Shown: positions 17,012-27,433, counted from the first letter of the stretch. The stretch: DNA of 64,000 bases from Candidatus Calditenuis fumarioli (GCA_030059665.1 JANVYR010000001.1:256001-320000), one strand, 5' to 3'. Made by a program: numbers and translations. The notes: generated by a model not told the origin, from the sequence alone.

Positions 17012-18169
17012 TCAGGAGCTCGATCTGGACTTCACCGCCTCAACGATCCGCCTGATCCTAGCCCTCCCCAACGGGTACACTGGTTTCTCGGGAAGGATGC
17101 CCTGTGGCCTCGCGATCAATATCACGATCAGCACTATGCCCATCAGCAGGCGGTCGAGCCAGACGACGCTGAACGGCAGCACCGGCTCGAGCAGTCCCTT
17201 GTACTGGTCGATCAGAGCACGCGCGGTGACGTAAATCGAGGTGCCCAGCAGGACGCCGACCTCGTTCCCCGCACCCCCGAGGATCACCATCACCCACGGC
17301 AGGAAGGTCCATGTGGCCCTGTCGTAGGCCGTTGCGATCAAGCCTCCCGCGTAGAAGGCCCAGAGGGCGCCGCCGATCGCCGCTATCGCGGAGCTCACCA
17401 TCAGGACGTTCCTCCTGAGCGCTACCGTGTCCTTCCCCAGCACCTCGGCTGCAACCTCCTGGTCCCTCATCGCCCTTAGAGCCCTGCCCAGGGGCGACCT
17501 CGAGACGAGCCTGACGTAAAGGACGATGAGACCCGCGACGGCGGCGATTATCAGCGTGGCAGAGAGGAACCTGAACTCCCCTCCGACCCATCCGAAGGGG
17601 TCCACCACGCTGACGCCTAGCGTTCCGCCCACGATGTCCCTAGTGTAGTAACCGATCGCGGTGAGGAACTCGCCGAAGGCGAGGAGCGTCATGGCCAGGT
17701 AGTCCTCCCTCAGGCGAAGCGCAGGGTAAGAGGCCACGAGACCGAGGGCAGCGCCGACGGCGGCAGCCATCAGTAGCGTCATGAGGAGGATGCCGATGGA
17801 GAGCACGGGGTTAGCGTAAAGGACTTTGTTGATGCAGATGACGATTATCGAATTGTCCTCGATGTAATCCATCCGATCTAGGATCGTGGGCTTCTGGGGC
17901 GAGAGGCCCCTGATGCACTCAGCCACCACGGGGTCAGTTATTCCGGAGACACCTGAGTAAACGTTGAACAGGTAACCGAGGAGTCTGCCCGGGATGGAGC
18001 CGGCGACGAAGGCTCCTGCAGCGACGCTCAGCACCTTCCCGAAGTTGGGTATCCCCGACTTGCCGTACTCGAGGTCGAGCGAGAGGTTGACGATGAGGTA
18101 GATCGCTAGGTATGCGAGCAGGTACGTCAGGAAAACGTACGCGGACCTTAGGGCCTCTTCGTCGATCAA
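17012..18169 (-). CDS. livM: Branched-chain amino acid ABC permease (LivM)
   Basis: LRLREDYLAMTLLAFGE, SPLGRALRAMRDQE, MVILGGAGN. Confidence 0.9.
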   Translation of the reverse strand: MIDEEALRSAYVFLTYLLAYLAIYLIVNLSLDLEYGKSGIPNFGKVLSVAAGAFVAGSIPGRLLGYLFNVYSGVSGITDPVVAECIRGLSPQKPTILDRMDYIEDNSIIVICINKVLYANPVLSIGILLMTLLMAAAVGAALGLVASYPALRLREDYLAMTLLAFGEFLTAIGYYTRDIVGGTLGVSVVDPFGWVGGEFRFLSATLIIAAVAGLIVLYVRLVSRSPLGRALRAMRDQEVAAEVLGKDTVALRRNVLMVSSAIAAIGGALWAFYAGGLIATAYDRATWTFLPWVMVILGGAGNEVGVLLGTSIYVTARALIDQYKGLLEPVLPFSVVWLDRLLMGIVLIVILIARPQGILPEKPVYPLGRARIRRIVEAVKSRSSS

Positions 18170-19110
18170 GCCCCCTTCCCACCTCCTTTCCTGAGACGTG
18201 CGGTTATGCCGGATAGCTGGAGGCCAGAGAGGCCCTTAGGGAAGACGAGCAGCGTGACCGCCATGATGAGGAGCGGGAAGACGATCCTGTACGGGAGGAT
18301 CCAGCCGCCGACGGCCCTGGAGAGCTGGAATATCCCGTAGATTTCGACGAGGCCGATCGTGAAGCCACCCAAGACGGCGCCGTAGATGCTTGATAGGCCT
18401 CCGAGGATGCTCGATGCGAAGATGCTCACCAGCATCCTCGATCCGAATGCGGGGTCCTGCTGGTAGTGGAGTCCGAGGAGGACGCCCGATACCCCGGCCA
18501 GACCACCTGCCAGGAACCAGGAGAAGAGGTAGACGAGCTTCACGTTGACGCCGAGCGTCCCAGCAAGCATCGGGTTCTCGATGGCCGCCCTCATCGCCAC
18601 GCCGAAGCGGGTCCTGTGGAGCAGCAGCACGAGCGCTGTGAGTGTCACCGCAACGAAGGCGATCGAGGCCAGGAAGACTCCGGGGCCTATTCCCTCGATC
18701 TGGACGTCGAACCTCCTCAACAGGACGTCCCTCGACTGCACCCTGAAGGTCTGCGTGATCAGGTCGGCGTAGATGTTGAGCGCCGCTATCAAAACGAGCT
18801 CGAAGGCTATCGTCGCTATCATCTGGTGGAGCAGTCCGGCTCCCCTGTTGATGAGGGGCCTGAGCGCGAGAAGGTAGAAGGCGGCGGAGACGGCACCGGA
18901 AATCAGGAAGGCCGCTGGTATCGAGTAGTACGCATTCAGCTTCAGCACCGAGGCGAAGGTCAACAGCGTGTATGACCCGACGGTGGCTAAGCTCCCGTGG
19001 GCGAAGTTGGGCACCTTCGTCGTCATGTAGGTGAGCGTCAGCCCAAGACTCAGCATCGACAGCGTGCTCGCGTAGATCACGGCGTCCCTCACTAGCGGGT
19101 CAACTGCCAC
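18166..19110 (-). CDS. livH: Branched-chain amino acid ABC permease (LivH)
   Basis: NFAHG, TRFGVAMRAAIEN, SILGGLSSIYGA; start re-assigned to GTG 19110. Confidence 0.9.
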   Translation of the reverse strand: MAVDPLVRDAVIYASTLSMLSLGLTLTYMTTKVPNFAHGSLATVGSYTLLTFASVLKLNAYYSIPAAFLISGAVSAAFYLLALRPLINRGAGLLHQMIATIAFELVLIAALNIYADLITQTFRVQSRDVLLRRFDVQIEGIGPGVFLASIAFVAVTLTALVLLLHRTRFGVAMRAAIENPMLAGTLGVNVKLVYLFSWFLAGGLAGVSGVLLGLHYQQDPAFGSRMLVSIFASSILGGLSSIYGAVLGGFTIGLVEIYGIFQLSRAVGGWILPYRIVFPLLIMAVTLLVFPKGLSGLQLSGITARLRKGGGKGA

Positions 19111-19222
19111 GTGCCACCGTGTCCCAGATCGGGTATAAAGCTGATCCGCCCAGGTGTGTTCACGGCCATAAGGATGAATTCCCGAACTGCTTAAATGTAG
19201 GCTCTTGACAAGTTCATCTGCA

Positions 19223-20557
19223 ATGAAAGCCGCGGAGAAAGGGCTCGGAATCTCGACGGCTGCCGCCGCCGGACTCGCGGTGGTTCTGCTGGTGGTTGGG
19301 CTTGCGATCGGAGCGTTCGCGATCGGTCCAGCCGTCTCACCTGCGAGGGTGGAGACCGTAAGGGTGACCGAGAGGGTTACAGTTACGGCTGCAGGCCTTC
19401 CAAGCGAGGTGACGATAGGTGCTTTGCTGCCTCTCACGGGAGACCTGGCCTCCTACGGCGAGAACAGCAGGGCAGCGCTGGAGCTGGCCCTCTCCGAGAT
19501 CAACGACTACCTGAAGAGGATAGGAGCAGGATTCACCATCAAGCTCGTCATCGAGGACACCGAGACCAAGCCCGAGACCGCTGACGCGAAGCTGAAGAGC
19601 CTCCATGCCAGGGGCATCACGCTGATAGTCGGCCCCCAGACGAGCGGCGAGGTCAGGCGTATCAAAGGATATGCCGACTCGAACAAGATCCTGTTGGTCA
19701 GCCAGTCCTCTACGGCCCCCGACCTGGCGATACCCGACGACTTCGTCCTGAGGTTCTGCCCCGACGACACCATACAGGGACCGATAGGACCGAGGCTGGC
19801 TAAGGAGCTAGGAGCGACGCACATCATCTACGTCTGGAGGGGAGACGCCTGGGGTGACGGTCTATACAGGACGTCCAGCGATGAGGCCAAGAAACTCGGT
19901 CTGACCATCGCGGGTGAGATCAGATATGCCCCTGAGAAGAAGGAGTTCTCCGCGGAGGCTGCCACACTCGCCGACACGGTGAAGAAGTTGATCAACCAGG
20001 GAGTCGACCCTAAGAAGATCTTCATCGAGTACGTTGCCTTCGGAGAGGCGGTTGCCTTCATGAGCGCCGCAGCCGACTACCCCGAGCTAGCCCAGGTCAG
20101 GTGGTTCGGAAGCGACGGGACCGCACAGCTAGCGGAGGTCCTTCAGGACCCGAAGATATCGGCTTTCGTGGCCAACGTGAAGTGGGTCAACCCGCTCTTC
20201 GCACCGGCCGAGAACGAGAAGAAGCAGAAGGTGATGAACTACGTCAAGCAGAAGCTCGGAAGGGAGCCTGACGCCTACGCCTACGCCGCATACGACATAC
20301 TGTGGGTGTACGCCCTGACGATTCTGCAGGTGCAGAAGGTCGATGCCGACCTGATCAGGAAGGCGATGCCCGAGGTGGCCAGGAGCTACTACGGTGCGAT
20401 AGGGCGGGTCGTGCTCAACGCAGCGGGAGATCTGGCAGGCGCCGACTACGACCTGTGGGTCGTCCAGAAGGCCGGTGACAAGTACCAGTGGGTAAAGGCA
20501 GGAGTCTACAGCTTCACGACGGGTGCCTTCAGCTGGACGCCAGGCTTCTCGCTGTAG
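19223..20557 (+). CDS. livK: Branched-chain amino acid ABC substrate-binding protein, membrane-anchored
   Basis: IGALLPLTGDLASYG, EDTETKP, DAYAYAAYD; N-terminal TM and short Thr/Val stalk. Confidence 0.9.
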   Translation: MKAAEKGLGISTAAAAGLAVVLLVVGLAIGAFAIGPAVSPARVETVRVTERVTVTAAGLPSEVTIGALLPLTGDLASYGENSRAALELALSEINDYLKRIGAGFTIKLVIEDTETKPETADAKLKSLHARGITLIVGPQTSGEVRRIKGYADSNKILLVSQSSTAPDLAIPDDFVLRFCPDDTIQGPIGPRLAKELGATHIIYVWRGDAWGDGLYRTSSDEAKKLGLTIAGEIRYAPEKKEFSAEAATLADTVKKLINQGVDPKKIFIEYVAFGEAVAFMSAAADYPELAQVRWFGSDGTAQLAEVLQDPKISAFVANVKWVNPLFAPAENEKKQKVMNYVKQKLGREPDAYAYAAYDILWVYALTILQVQKVDADLIRKAMPEVARSYYGAIGRVVLNAAGDLAGADYDLWVVQKAGDKYQWVKAGVYSFTTGAFSWTPGFSL

Positions 20558-20635
20558 AGCACCTGAACGGTTGACGTTTTTATCTCGTTCCATTCACCCT
20601 TATATCAGTAGCCAGAACCCGGAGGGGAAGCGGCG

Positions 20636-21400
20636 ATGACCGGCCTCGGGATAACGGTGAGGGGGGTCGTCAAGACCTTCGGGGGACTGAGGGCTCTGGA
20701 CGGGGTGGACATGGAGGTGAGGCCTTCCTCGATCTCGCTGCTGATAGGGCCGAACGGTTCCGGCAAGACCACGCTGATCAACGTCATCTCGGGCGTGCTG
20801 AAGCCCGATGCCGGAAAGATCTTGCTCGACGGAAAGGACATCACAGGCAGGCCTCCCCACGAGATCTACAGGCTCGGAGTCCTCAGGACATGGCAGATAC
20901 CGCAACCCTTCCTCAGGCTCAGCGTCCTGGAGAACGTGATGGTCGCCGACGGCACCAATCCCGGAGAGGGTTTCATCGCGTCGGTGCTCGGCAGGCGGCG
21001 GTGGATCAGGTACGAGGAGGAGCTGGTCGAGAGGGCGTTCAGGATACTGGAGCTGGTTAGGCTGGACCACCTCTGGGACTCGGAGGCCTACAAGCTCAGC
21101 GGAGGACAGATGAAGCTGCTCGAGGTCGCTCGTGCCCTGATGAGCGGAGCGAGGGTCCTACTGCTCGACGAGCCGGCGGCCGGAGTCAACCCAGCCCTCG
21201 CAGAAGAGCTCTTCGCGAACCTCGTCAGGGTCAGGGACAGGCTCGGTGTGACCTTCCTGATCGTGGAGCACAGGCTGGAGCTGGCGATGAAGTACACGGA
21301 GCACTGCTATGCGATGTTCAACGGAAAGGTGATCGCGGAGGGGAAGCCGGTTGAGGTTCTGGAGAACGCTAAGGTGATCGAGGCTTACCTGGGTGGTTGA
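20636..21400 (+). CDS. livG: ABC ATP-binding subunit LivG
   Basis: GPNGSGKTT, LSGGQ, LLLDEPAAG. Confidence 0.92.
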   Translation: MTGLGITVRGVVKTFGGLRALDGVDMEVRPSSISLLIGPNGSGKTTLINVISGVLKPDAGKILLDGKDITGRPPHEIYRLGVLRTWQIPQPFLRLSVLENVMVADGTNPGEGFIASVLGRRRWIRYEEELVERAFRILELVRLDHLWDSEAYKLSGGQMKLLEVARALMSGARVLLLDEPAAGVNPALAEELFANLVRVRDRLGVTFLIVEHRLELAMKYTEHCYAMFNGKVIAEGKPVEVLENAKVIEAYLGG

Positions 21401-22112
21401 CGTGATAGCCATCAGCGACCTCGAGGCCGGATACGGGCCCCTCCACGTGCTCTTCGGGATCACGACCTCTTACCAGAGGGAGGCCATAACAGCGATCGTG
21501 GGGCCCAACGGCTCGGGGAAGTCCACGCTGCTTAAGACGATCTTCGGGCTGACGAAGGTCTTCAGGGGTCAGATAACCTTCGACGGCAGGGACATCACCG
21601 GGAGGCCTCCCCACCAGATCTCGAGGCTCGGCATCGCGTACCTCCCACAGACCGACAACGTCTTCGCGAACCTCACGGTCAGGGAGAACATCGCCATGGC
21701 CACGTACGGCATGCGGAAGGAGGAGGCTGCGGAGAGGGTTGAGGAGGTCAAGTCCTTCCTGCCGGTGATCGAACGGTACTGGAACAGGAAGGCCGGATCC
21801 CTCAGCGGCGGCGAGCGGCAGATGGTCGCGATGGGGATGGCGCTGATCAGGAGGCCGAAGGTGATGCTCTTCGATGAGCCCACGGCCAACCTCTCGCCGA
21901 AGTTCGCGAAGATCGTGCTCGAGCAGATAGTGAGGCTGAGGGACGACCTCAGGATCACGGTGCTCCTGGTGGAGCAGAACGCCCTAAGGGCTCTGGAGCA
22001 CGGCGACAGGGCCCAGCTCCTCGTCAGCGGCCAGCTGGTCTACGACGGCCCCGCCCGAGACCTCCTGGAGAACAGGGAGCTCGGCAGGCTTTACCTGGGC
22101 CTCAGGTCCTGA
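21393..22112 (+). CDS. livF: ABC ATP-binding subunit LivF
   Basis: GPNGSGKST, LSGGERQM, DEPTANL, LLVEQN. Confidence 0.92.
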   Translation: MVDVIAISDLEAGYGPLHVLFGITTSYQREAITAIVGPNGSGKSTLLKTIFGLTKVFRGQITFDGRDITGRPPHQISRLGIAYLPQTDNVFANLTVRENIAMATYGMRKEEAAERVEEVKSFLPVIERYWNRKAGSLSGGERQMVAMGMALIRRPKVMLFDEPTANLSPKFAKIVLEQIVRLRDDLRITVLLVEQNALRALEHGDRAQLLVSGQLVYDGPARDLLENRELGRLYLGLRS

Positions 22113-22160
22113 ACCGAGTGGTCGTGTCAGGTTCATATCCCGTTTCCTCGCGGAAGAGCC

Positions 22161-22634
22161 GTGACCGTCAAGGTCGGAGATAGGGCACCTGACTTCGAGC
22201 TCCTGGACCAGGACAGGAAGCCGAGGAGGTTGAGCGAGTTCAAGGGGAAGAAGGTCGTGCTGGCGTTCTTCCCGGGAGCCTTCACGTCCGTCTGCACGAA
22301 GGAGATGTGCACCTTCAGGGACGGAATGGCCGAGTTCAACAAGCTCGACGCCACGGTCATCGGGATATCCGTCAACGACCCCTTCACGCTGAAGGCCTTC
22401 GCTGAGCAGAACAAGCTGAACTTCGTCCTGCTGTCCGATTACACCAGGGAGGTCTCCCGGAAGTACGGCGGCGTCCACGAGGACTTCATCGGCATGAAGG
22501 GTTACTCGGTAGCCAAGAGGGCCGTCTTCGTCCTCGACAGGGACCAGGTGGTCCGCTACGCGTGGGTCTCAGAGGACCCGACCAAGGAGCCGAACTACGA
22601 GGAGATCAAGAAGGTTCTGGCGCAGATATCGTGA
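22161..22634 (+). CDS. Peroxiredoxin (AhpC/TSA, BCP-like)
   Basis: FPGAFTSVCTKEMC peroxidatic motif. Confidence 0.92.
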   Translation: MTVKVGDRAPDFELLDQDRKPRRLSEFKGKKVVLAFFPGAFTSVCTKEMCTFRDGMAEFNKLDATVIGISVNDPFTLKAFAEQNKLNFVLLSDYTREVSRKYGGVHEDFIGMKGYSVAKRAVFVLDRDQVVRYAWVSEDPTKEPNYEEIKKVLAQIS

Positions 22635-22683
22635 TCCGCAACCGGTCTTCCTGTCCCACTTTTTCGCGCGTTCAGCCCGTTTT

Positions 22684-23256
22684 TCAGGGCGGTTCCGGCG
22701 TGGACTCCCTGAGCCTCCTGGCAGCGACTTCAGCGGCCTCCTTCAGGATCTTCCTCACCTCCTCCTCGTCCGGCTCTATCGGAGGCATGTACATGCTCGG
22801 GACGGTGCCGATCTCGAACGAAAGGTCCTCCAGCTGCTCCTGGACCGACTGGAGCTGATGACCTATCTCGGGCGCTACGCCCCTGATCGAGGGGGCCACC
22901 GACGATATGAGGGACCTTATCGGACCGATGAACTTCCTGAACTCGTCTATGTCCCTGATGGTCTCCAGCTTGTTCACCACCGCCTCGATCATCAGCTGGT
23001 TCCTGATGGCCGCGTTCAGCATCGACCTGAGCTGCCTGAGCTCGTTCGCGTAGATCACGGCCCTCTCCTCGTCGCCCTCCAGCTTCGCGGCCACCACCTG
23101 CTCGAAGAGCAGCTTCGAACGGTTCGTCATCTCCCTCACGCGCCTCTCCATCCTGTCCCTTACTATCGAGAGGCCCACGGTGACCCTCTCGATCTTCTCC
23201 TCCCTGCTCTTCCTGAGCTTGAATCCCATCCGGAACAGCCGCATGCCATGCGACAT
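22684..23256 (-). CDS. ESCRT-III/Snf7 (CdvB-like) protein
   Basis: Helical core with A-x-IYANE-L, V-x-x-KLET and terminal EVRKILKEAAEVA, typical of archaeal CdvB paralogs. Confidence 0.8.
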   Translation of the reverse strand: MSHGMRLFRMGFKLRKSREEKIERVTVGLSIVRDRMERRVREMTNRSKLLFEQVVAAKLEGDEERAVIYANELRQLRSMLNAAIRNQLMIEAVVNKLETIRDIDEFRKFIGPIRSLISSVAPSIRGVAPEIGHQLQSVQEQLEDLSFEIGTVPSMYMPPIEPDEEEVRKILKEAAEVAARRLRESTPEPP

Positions 23257-23404
23257 AATACCGATGAACGCCCTGCTCTACGCTGCAATACGCCGGTACG
23301 ACGCCGCGAGGTCTGGCGTCATCACGGCGGACTCCGTGCCCTTCGGCGTAAACCGATTCCCTCCGGCAAAATTATTTCAAGCGCTGGACCACGGTATCGG
23401 CGGA

Positions 23405-24745
23405 TTGGCGTCGGCCGAGGACTATTACGAGCTGGCCGTTCAGCTTTCGCGCTTCTACGGAGGCAAGATCGAGACGGTCCCGAAGGTTCCGGTCAGGTCG
23501 CTCAAGGACTTCGCGATCTGGTACACTCCGGGCGTTGCGGCGGTCTCGAGGGCTATCGCGCGGGACAAGGACGAGTCCTTCAACCTGACCAACAGGTGGA
23601 ACACGATCGCGGTCATCACCAACGGAAGCAGGGTCCTGGGGCTCGGCGACATAGGACCGGAGGCTTCTCTCCCGGTCATGGAGGGGAAGGCGCTGATCTT
23701 CAAGTACCTCGGAGGTGTGGACGCGGTACCTCTTCCGATAAGGGCCAGCACGCCGGAGAAGTTCGTGGAGATCGCTGAGGCCCTCGAGCCGGCTTTCGGG
23801 GGCTTCAACCTGGAGGACATCAGCTCGCCCGAGTGCTTCCAGATCCTCGAGGAGCTCTCGAGGAGGCTGGAGGTTCCTGTCTGGCACGACGACCAGCTGG
23901 GCACGGCGGCCTCGACGCTCGCGGCGCTGATCAACGCCCTCAAGGTCACCGGCAGGACGGTCCGGGGAACGAGGGTCGTGCTGCTGGGGGCTGGTGCAGC
24001 GAACATAGCCACCGCCATAATGCTGGAGAAGTACGGCTTCGACCCCGGTGACATGATACTGGTCGACACGAAGGGCGTCCTCCATCCGGAGAGGGAGGAC
24101 ATGGACTCGTTGATGCTGAGGCACAGGTGGAAGTACGAGCTCGCGATAAGGACCAACAGGTCCAGAGTTAAGGGAGGGCTGGAGGAAGCTCTGGTAGATG
24201 CGGACGTTCTGATAGCAGCCTCGCGCCCGGGTCCAGGAGTGATCAAGCCCGAGCACATCAGGCTCATGGCCCGGGACCCGATCGTCTTCGCCCTCGCCAA
24301 CCCGGTTCCGGAGATTTGGCCGTGGGAAGCCAAGCAGGCGGGGGCCGCGGTGGTCGCGACGGGGAGGAGCGACTTCCCCAACCAGGTCAACAACAGCCTC
24401 GTCTTCCCGTCGGTCTTCAGGGGCGCGCTGGACGTCAGGTCGAAAGGGATCACCTACGAGTCCGCCATAGCGGCGGCCGTCGAGCTGGCGAGGTTCGCGG
24501 AGGAGAAGGGGATATCGCCGGACTACATCATACCCACGATGGAGGAGTGGGAGGTCTATCCGAGGGTGGCAGCGGCGGTGGCGGACTGGCTCTCCCGCAA
24601 CGGCTTCGCGAGGAGGCCGACGACGTACGAGGAGGAGGTCGAGAGGGCCAAGAACATCATCGGACGTGCGAGGAGGGTGCTGGAGGAGATGGTCAGGACC
24701 GAGCTCGTCAGGCCGATACCTACGTCAGGTCGACAGCCCGTCTGA
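23405..24745 (+). CDS. mae: NAD(P)-dependent malic enzyme
   Basis: WYTPGVA, VMEGKA, NLEDI, HDDQLGT, GAGAA, FALANP, QVNNSLVFP; start re-assigned to TTG 23405. Confidence 0.93.
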   Translation: MASAEDYYELAVQLSRFYGGKIETVPKVPVRSLKDFAIWYTPGVAAVSRAIARDKDESFNLTNRWNTIAVITNGSRVLGLGDIGPEASLPVMEGKALIFKYLGGVDAVPLPIRASTPEKFVEIAEALEPAFGGFNLEDISSPECFQILEELSRRLEVPVWHDDQLGTAASTLAALINALKVTGRTVRGTRVVLLGAGAANIATAIMLEKYGFDPGDMILVDTKGVLHPEREDMDSLMLRHRWKYELAIRTNRSRVKGGLEEALVDADVLIAASRPGPGVIKPEHIRLMARDPIVFALANPVPEIWPWEAKQAGAAVVATGRSDFPNQVNNSLVFPSVFRGALDVRSKGITYESAIAAAVELARFAEEKGISPDYIIPTMEEWEVYPRVAAAVADWLSRNGFARRPTTYEEEVERAKNIIGRARRVLEEMVRTELVRPIPTSGRQPV

Positions 24746-25517
24746 CTTCGCCCTCCAACTCAAGACCAGCGGGCGATATGCCGTAGTGCCTGCACGAGAA
24801 GACCGTGTAGGCCAGCCCTCCGAAGTGCTCGGCCACCCCGCTCTCCACGGGCTCGTGGGCCCTGATCAGGCACTTGAGGCCGGAGTTGCTGAGGAACTGC
24901 CTCGTGGCCGAGCGGCCGTACCTGTATATCCCGGGGCCCCTCCAGCTGGGACCGAACCACTCTATCGACTCGTCGGGGTCGTTCCACAGCAACTGGATCA
25001 CGCTGTCGTCCTCCAGGTCCTCTCCCTGCTTCCTCAGTGGCATCAGCTCCCTCAGCGACGTCGGGCCCATGGGGATGCCTCCGTGGACGAGGAAGAAGGA
25101 GTCGTTGAGCACCGCAGCGATCGGCAGCTCAGCGTAGAGCGACCCGACCAGGCCGAACGCGCCGTGACCGAAGCGCCTGACCACGACCTCGTGGAAGCCG
25201 TAGTGGTAGTTCATCTGCGACGTCTCGTGGTTCCCCCTCAGCGTGATGACCCTCTCCGGGTTCTCCGCCTTCGCTCTGAGCAGGTCCACGAAGACCTCCA
25301 GCTGCTCCGGTCCCCTGTCGACGTAATCCCCCAAGAAGACGATCAGGTCGTAGTCCCGCAGGCGACTCAGGGCCGAGACGAGCGAGCGGTGGTCGCCGTG
25401 AAGGTCTCCGACTACGAGGACCCTCTTCCCCTCCAGTTTGAGCAGGGCCTCCTCGCGCCTCAGGACCTCCGCCGCCGCCTCAATGGCCTCCCTGAACTCC
25501 CTGAAGGAGGGCATCAA
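24720..25517 (-). CDS. PPP-family Ser/Thr protein phosphatase
   Basis: GDLHG, GDYVDRG, LRGNHE, VHGG, LLWNDP and IRAHE motifs. Confidence 0.92.
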   Translation of the reverse strand: MMPSFREFREAIEAAAEVLRREEALLKLEGKRVLVVGDLHGDHRSLVSALSRLRDYDLIVFLGDYVDRGPEQLEVFVDLLRAKAENPERVITLRGNHETSQMNYHYGFHEVVVRRFGHGAFGLVGSLYAELPIAAVLNDSFFLVHGGIPMGPTSLRELMPLRKQGEDLEDDSVIQLLWNDPDESIEWFGPSWRGPGIYRYGRSATRQFLSNSGLKCLIRAHEPVESGVAEHFGGLAYTVFSCRHYGISPAGLELEGEVRRAVDLT

Positions 25518-25530
25518 CCCGCAGACTCTC

Positions 25531-26079
25531 TCAACCAGACTCCGCGGGGACGAAGGCGTAGGTCAGGTAGTTCTCCGGCATCCTCCGCTCGACCACCAGC
25601 CTCACGTCCATGCCGATCTTGATCTGACTCGGATCCTTCGCCTTGAGCCAGGCGAGCACGTTGAAGCCCTCCTTCATCCGTGCGATGGCGACGACGTAGT
25701 CATCGTAGTGCATGAAGCTGGTGGGCTTGACGTTGATGACCGTGTACGTCAGCAGCTTCCCGGGCCCCTCGATCGGCCTCCACTCCATCTCGGTGCTGCC
25801 GCATTTCGAGCAGTCCGCCTGCGGCGGGAAGAACCTGAAGCCGCACGATTTGCACTCGGTGTAGAGGACCTGGTCCTGCTGGAGCCCCTCGAAGAACCGC
25901 TGGATCCGCTTGACGGGGATCAGGTACCTGAGCCTGAGCTCGCGTTGGTCGAAATACAGCGGGTCGCCCGTCTTCTCGTCCCTGACGATGGGCAGGCCCG
26001 TCCTGACCTTCTCCTGTTCGACCGATTCGAGCCACATCTTGATGAAAGCCTCGATCTGGTCCCTGGGGATGCCGCTCAT
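25531..26079 (-). CDS. DUF35 Zn-ribbon/OB-fold protein
   Basis: CKSCGFRFFPPQADCSKC followed by G-x-L-x-TYT OB fold. Confidence 0.88.
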   Translation of the reverse strand: MSGIPRDQIEAFIKMWLESVEQEKVRTGLPIVRDEKTGDPLYFDQRELRLRYLIPVKRIQRFFEGLQQDQVLYTECKSCGFRFFPPQADCSKCGSTEMEWRPIEGPGKLLTYTVINVKPTSFMHYDDYVVAIARMKEGFNVLAWLKAKDPSQIKIGMDVRLVVERRMPENYLTYAFVPAESG

Positions 26080-26124
26080 TTCGCACTAATTCAGCTCCCG
26101 CGGTATATCCGTCTATCGCGACGA

Positions 26125-27318
26125 TTACGGACCGCGGGCCTCTGTCACGTCGGCCCTGAGACCGAGGGCGGCGAGCGCGAGCACCGGGAGCGCGATCAAG
26201 GCCATCGTCCCAAAGGGGCCGGTCGGCAGACCCGAGGCAAAGATCAGCGCGGAGAGCGGAGACCCGACCGCAACGCCGAGCAGACCAGATGCGTTCAGGA
26301 TCCCTGAGGCCGTTCCCCTGACCTCGCGGGGCAGCGAGAGGGCGATGTAGCTCGAAGCGTGGAAGACGAAGCCGAGGGCCACCGAGAAGACCAGAGCCGC
26401 CATCAGCCTCATCCAGGACGCCTGGACTCCTAGCTGGAGGAGGGCGGAGCTCGCAGAGACGGCCACGAGTCCGACCGTAAGCGCGGCGTTCGGCCTCCAC
26501 TTCCCTGCGACCCTGGAGGAGGCGAAGAAGAACGGTATCGAGAGGCCCGTGGAGACGGCCATGAACACCCCTATCTGGGCCGCGGCCGACCTCTCGTCCA
26601 TCCCTACCGCCTTCACGAGCAGCGAGGGCAGGGTTCCAACGACACCGCCGATGACGAGGTAGAGCGCGAGCATCGAGAGGGAGGCCGTGACCACCGGTAA
26701 GGCGAACTCCGATATGCCGTGTCCCCGACCGCGATCTTCGTCGATGACCGCGCTCTCTGGCTGCAGGGGCCTAGCGATGAGAGCGTACACGCAAACGGCC
26801 GCTGTGATCGCCGCTACCGTGGCGTAGACGCCGCCAAACCCGTACCTCAGAACCAGCGCCGTGGCGGAACCTGAACCCATCACGATGGAGATCGCGACGA
26901 AGGTCCAGAAGACCGCGAGCGTTCTACCCAAGGTCTGCCGGAATACGTCACCGATCGCGGCGAGGGCGGATGGGACGACGAACGAGTCGGAGACCGCGTG
27001 GAGCGCCCTGAAGACCAGCAGGTGAAGCGGTGTGGGCGAGTACGCGTAGCCCATCATCACGGCCGCGTCCACGAGGAGTCCCATAATCATGGGCCGAGTC
27101 CTTCCTATCCTGTCGACGACGATCCCAGCTATCGCGCTCATCGGAATCGCGATCATCGAGTACAACGCCGCGATGACCGAGGCCAGCAACTCGTCGGCGC
27201 CTAGCGAGAGGGCGTGTGAAGCTATGACCGGTGAGATCATCGATGTGTCGATCAGCGACGCGAACCCTATCGCCCCTACGCCGGCTATCGACCTCGCTGA
27301 TGCCACGCCCGGATCCAC
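26125..27318 (-). CDS. MFS transporter
   Basis: GIVVDRIGR loop motif, about 12 TMs. Confidence 0.9.
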   Translation of the reverse strand: MDPGVASARSIAGVGAIGFASLIDTSMISPVIASHALSLGADELLASVIAALYSMIAIPMSAIAGIVVDRIGRTRPMIMGLLVDAAVMMGYAYSPTPLHLLVFRALHAVSDSFVVPSALAAIGDVFRQTLGRTLAVFWTFVAISIVMGSGSATALVLRYGFGGVYATVAAITAAVCVYALIARPLQPESAVIDEDRGRGHGISEFALPVVTASLSMLALYLVIGGVVGTLPSLLVKAVGMDERSAAAQIGVFMAVSTGLSIPFFFASSRVAGKWRPNAALTVGLVAVSASSALLQLGVQASWMRLMAALVFSVALGFVFHASSYIALSLPREVRGTASGILNASGLLGVAVGSPLSALIFASGLPTGPFGTMALIALPVLALAALGLRADVTEARGP

Positions 27319-27433
27319 AGGAGTGCACTCTATAAGCTTGCGGTTTCGTCAACAATCGGGCAGAGGATTGTGGAAACCACCAAAGTGAAACCGGAACCGA
27401 GCCGAGCGATCTCAGACCGGACGGAGGGTGGGG

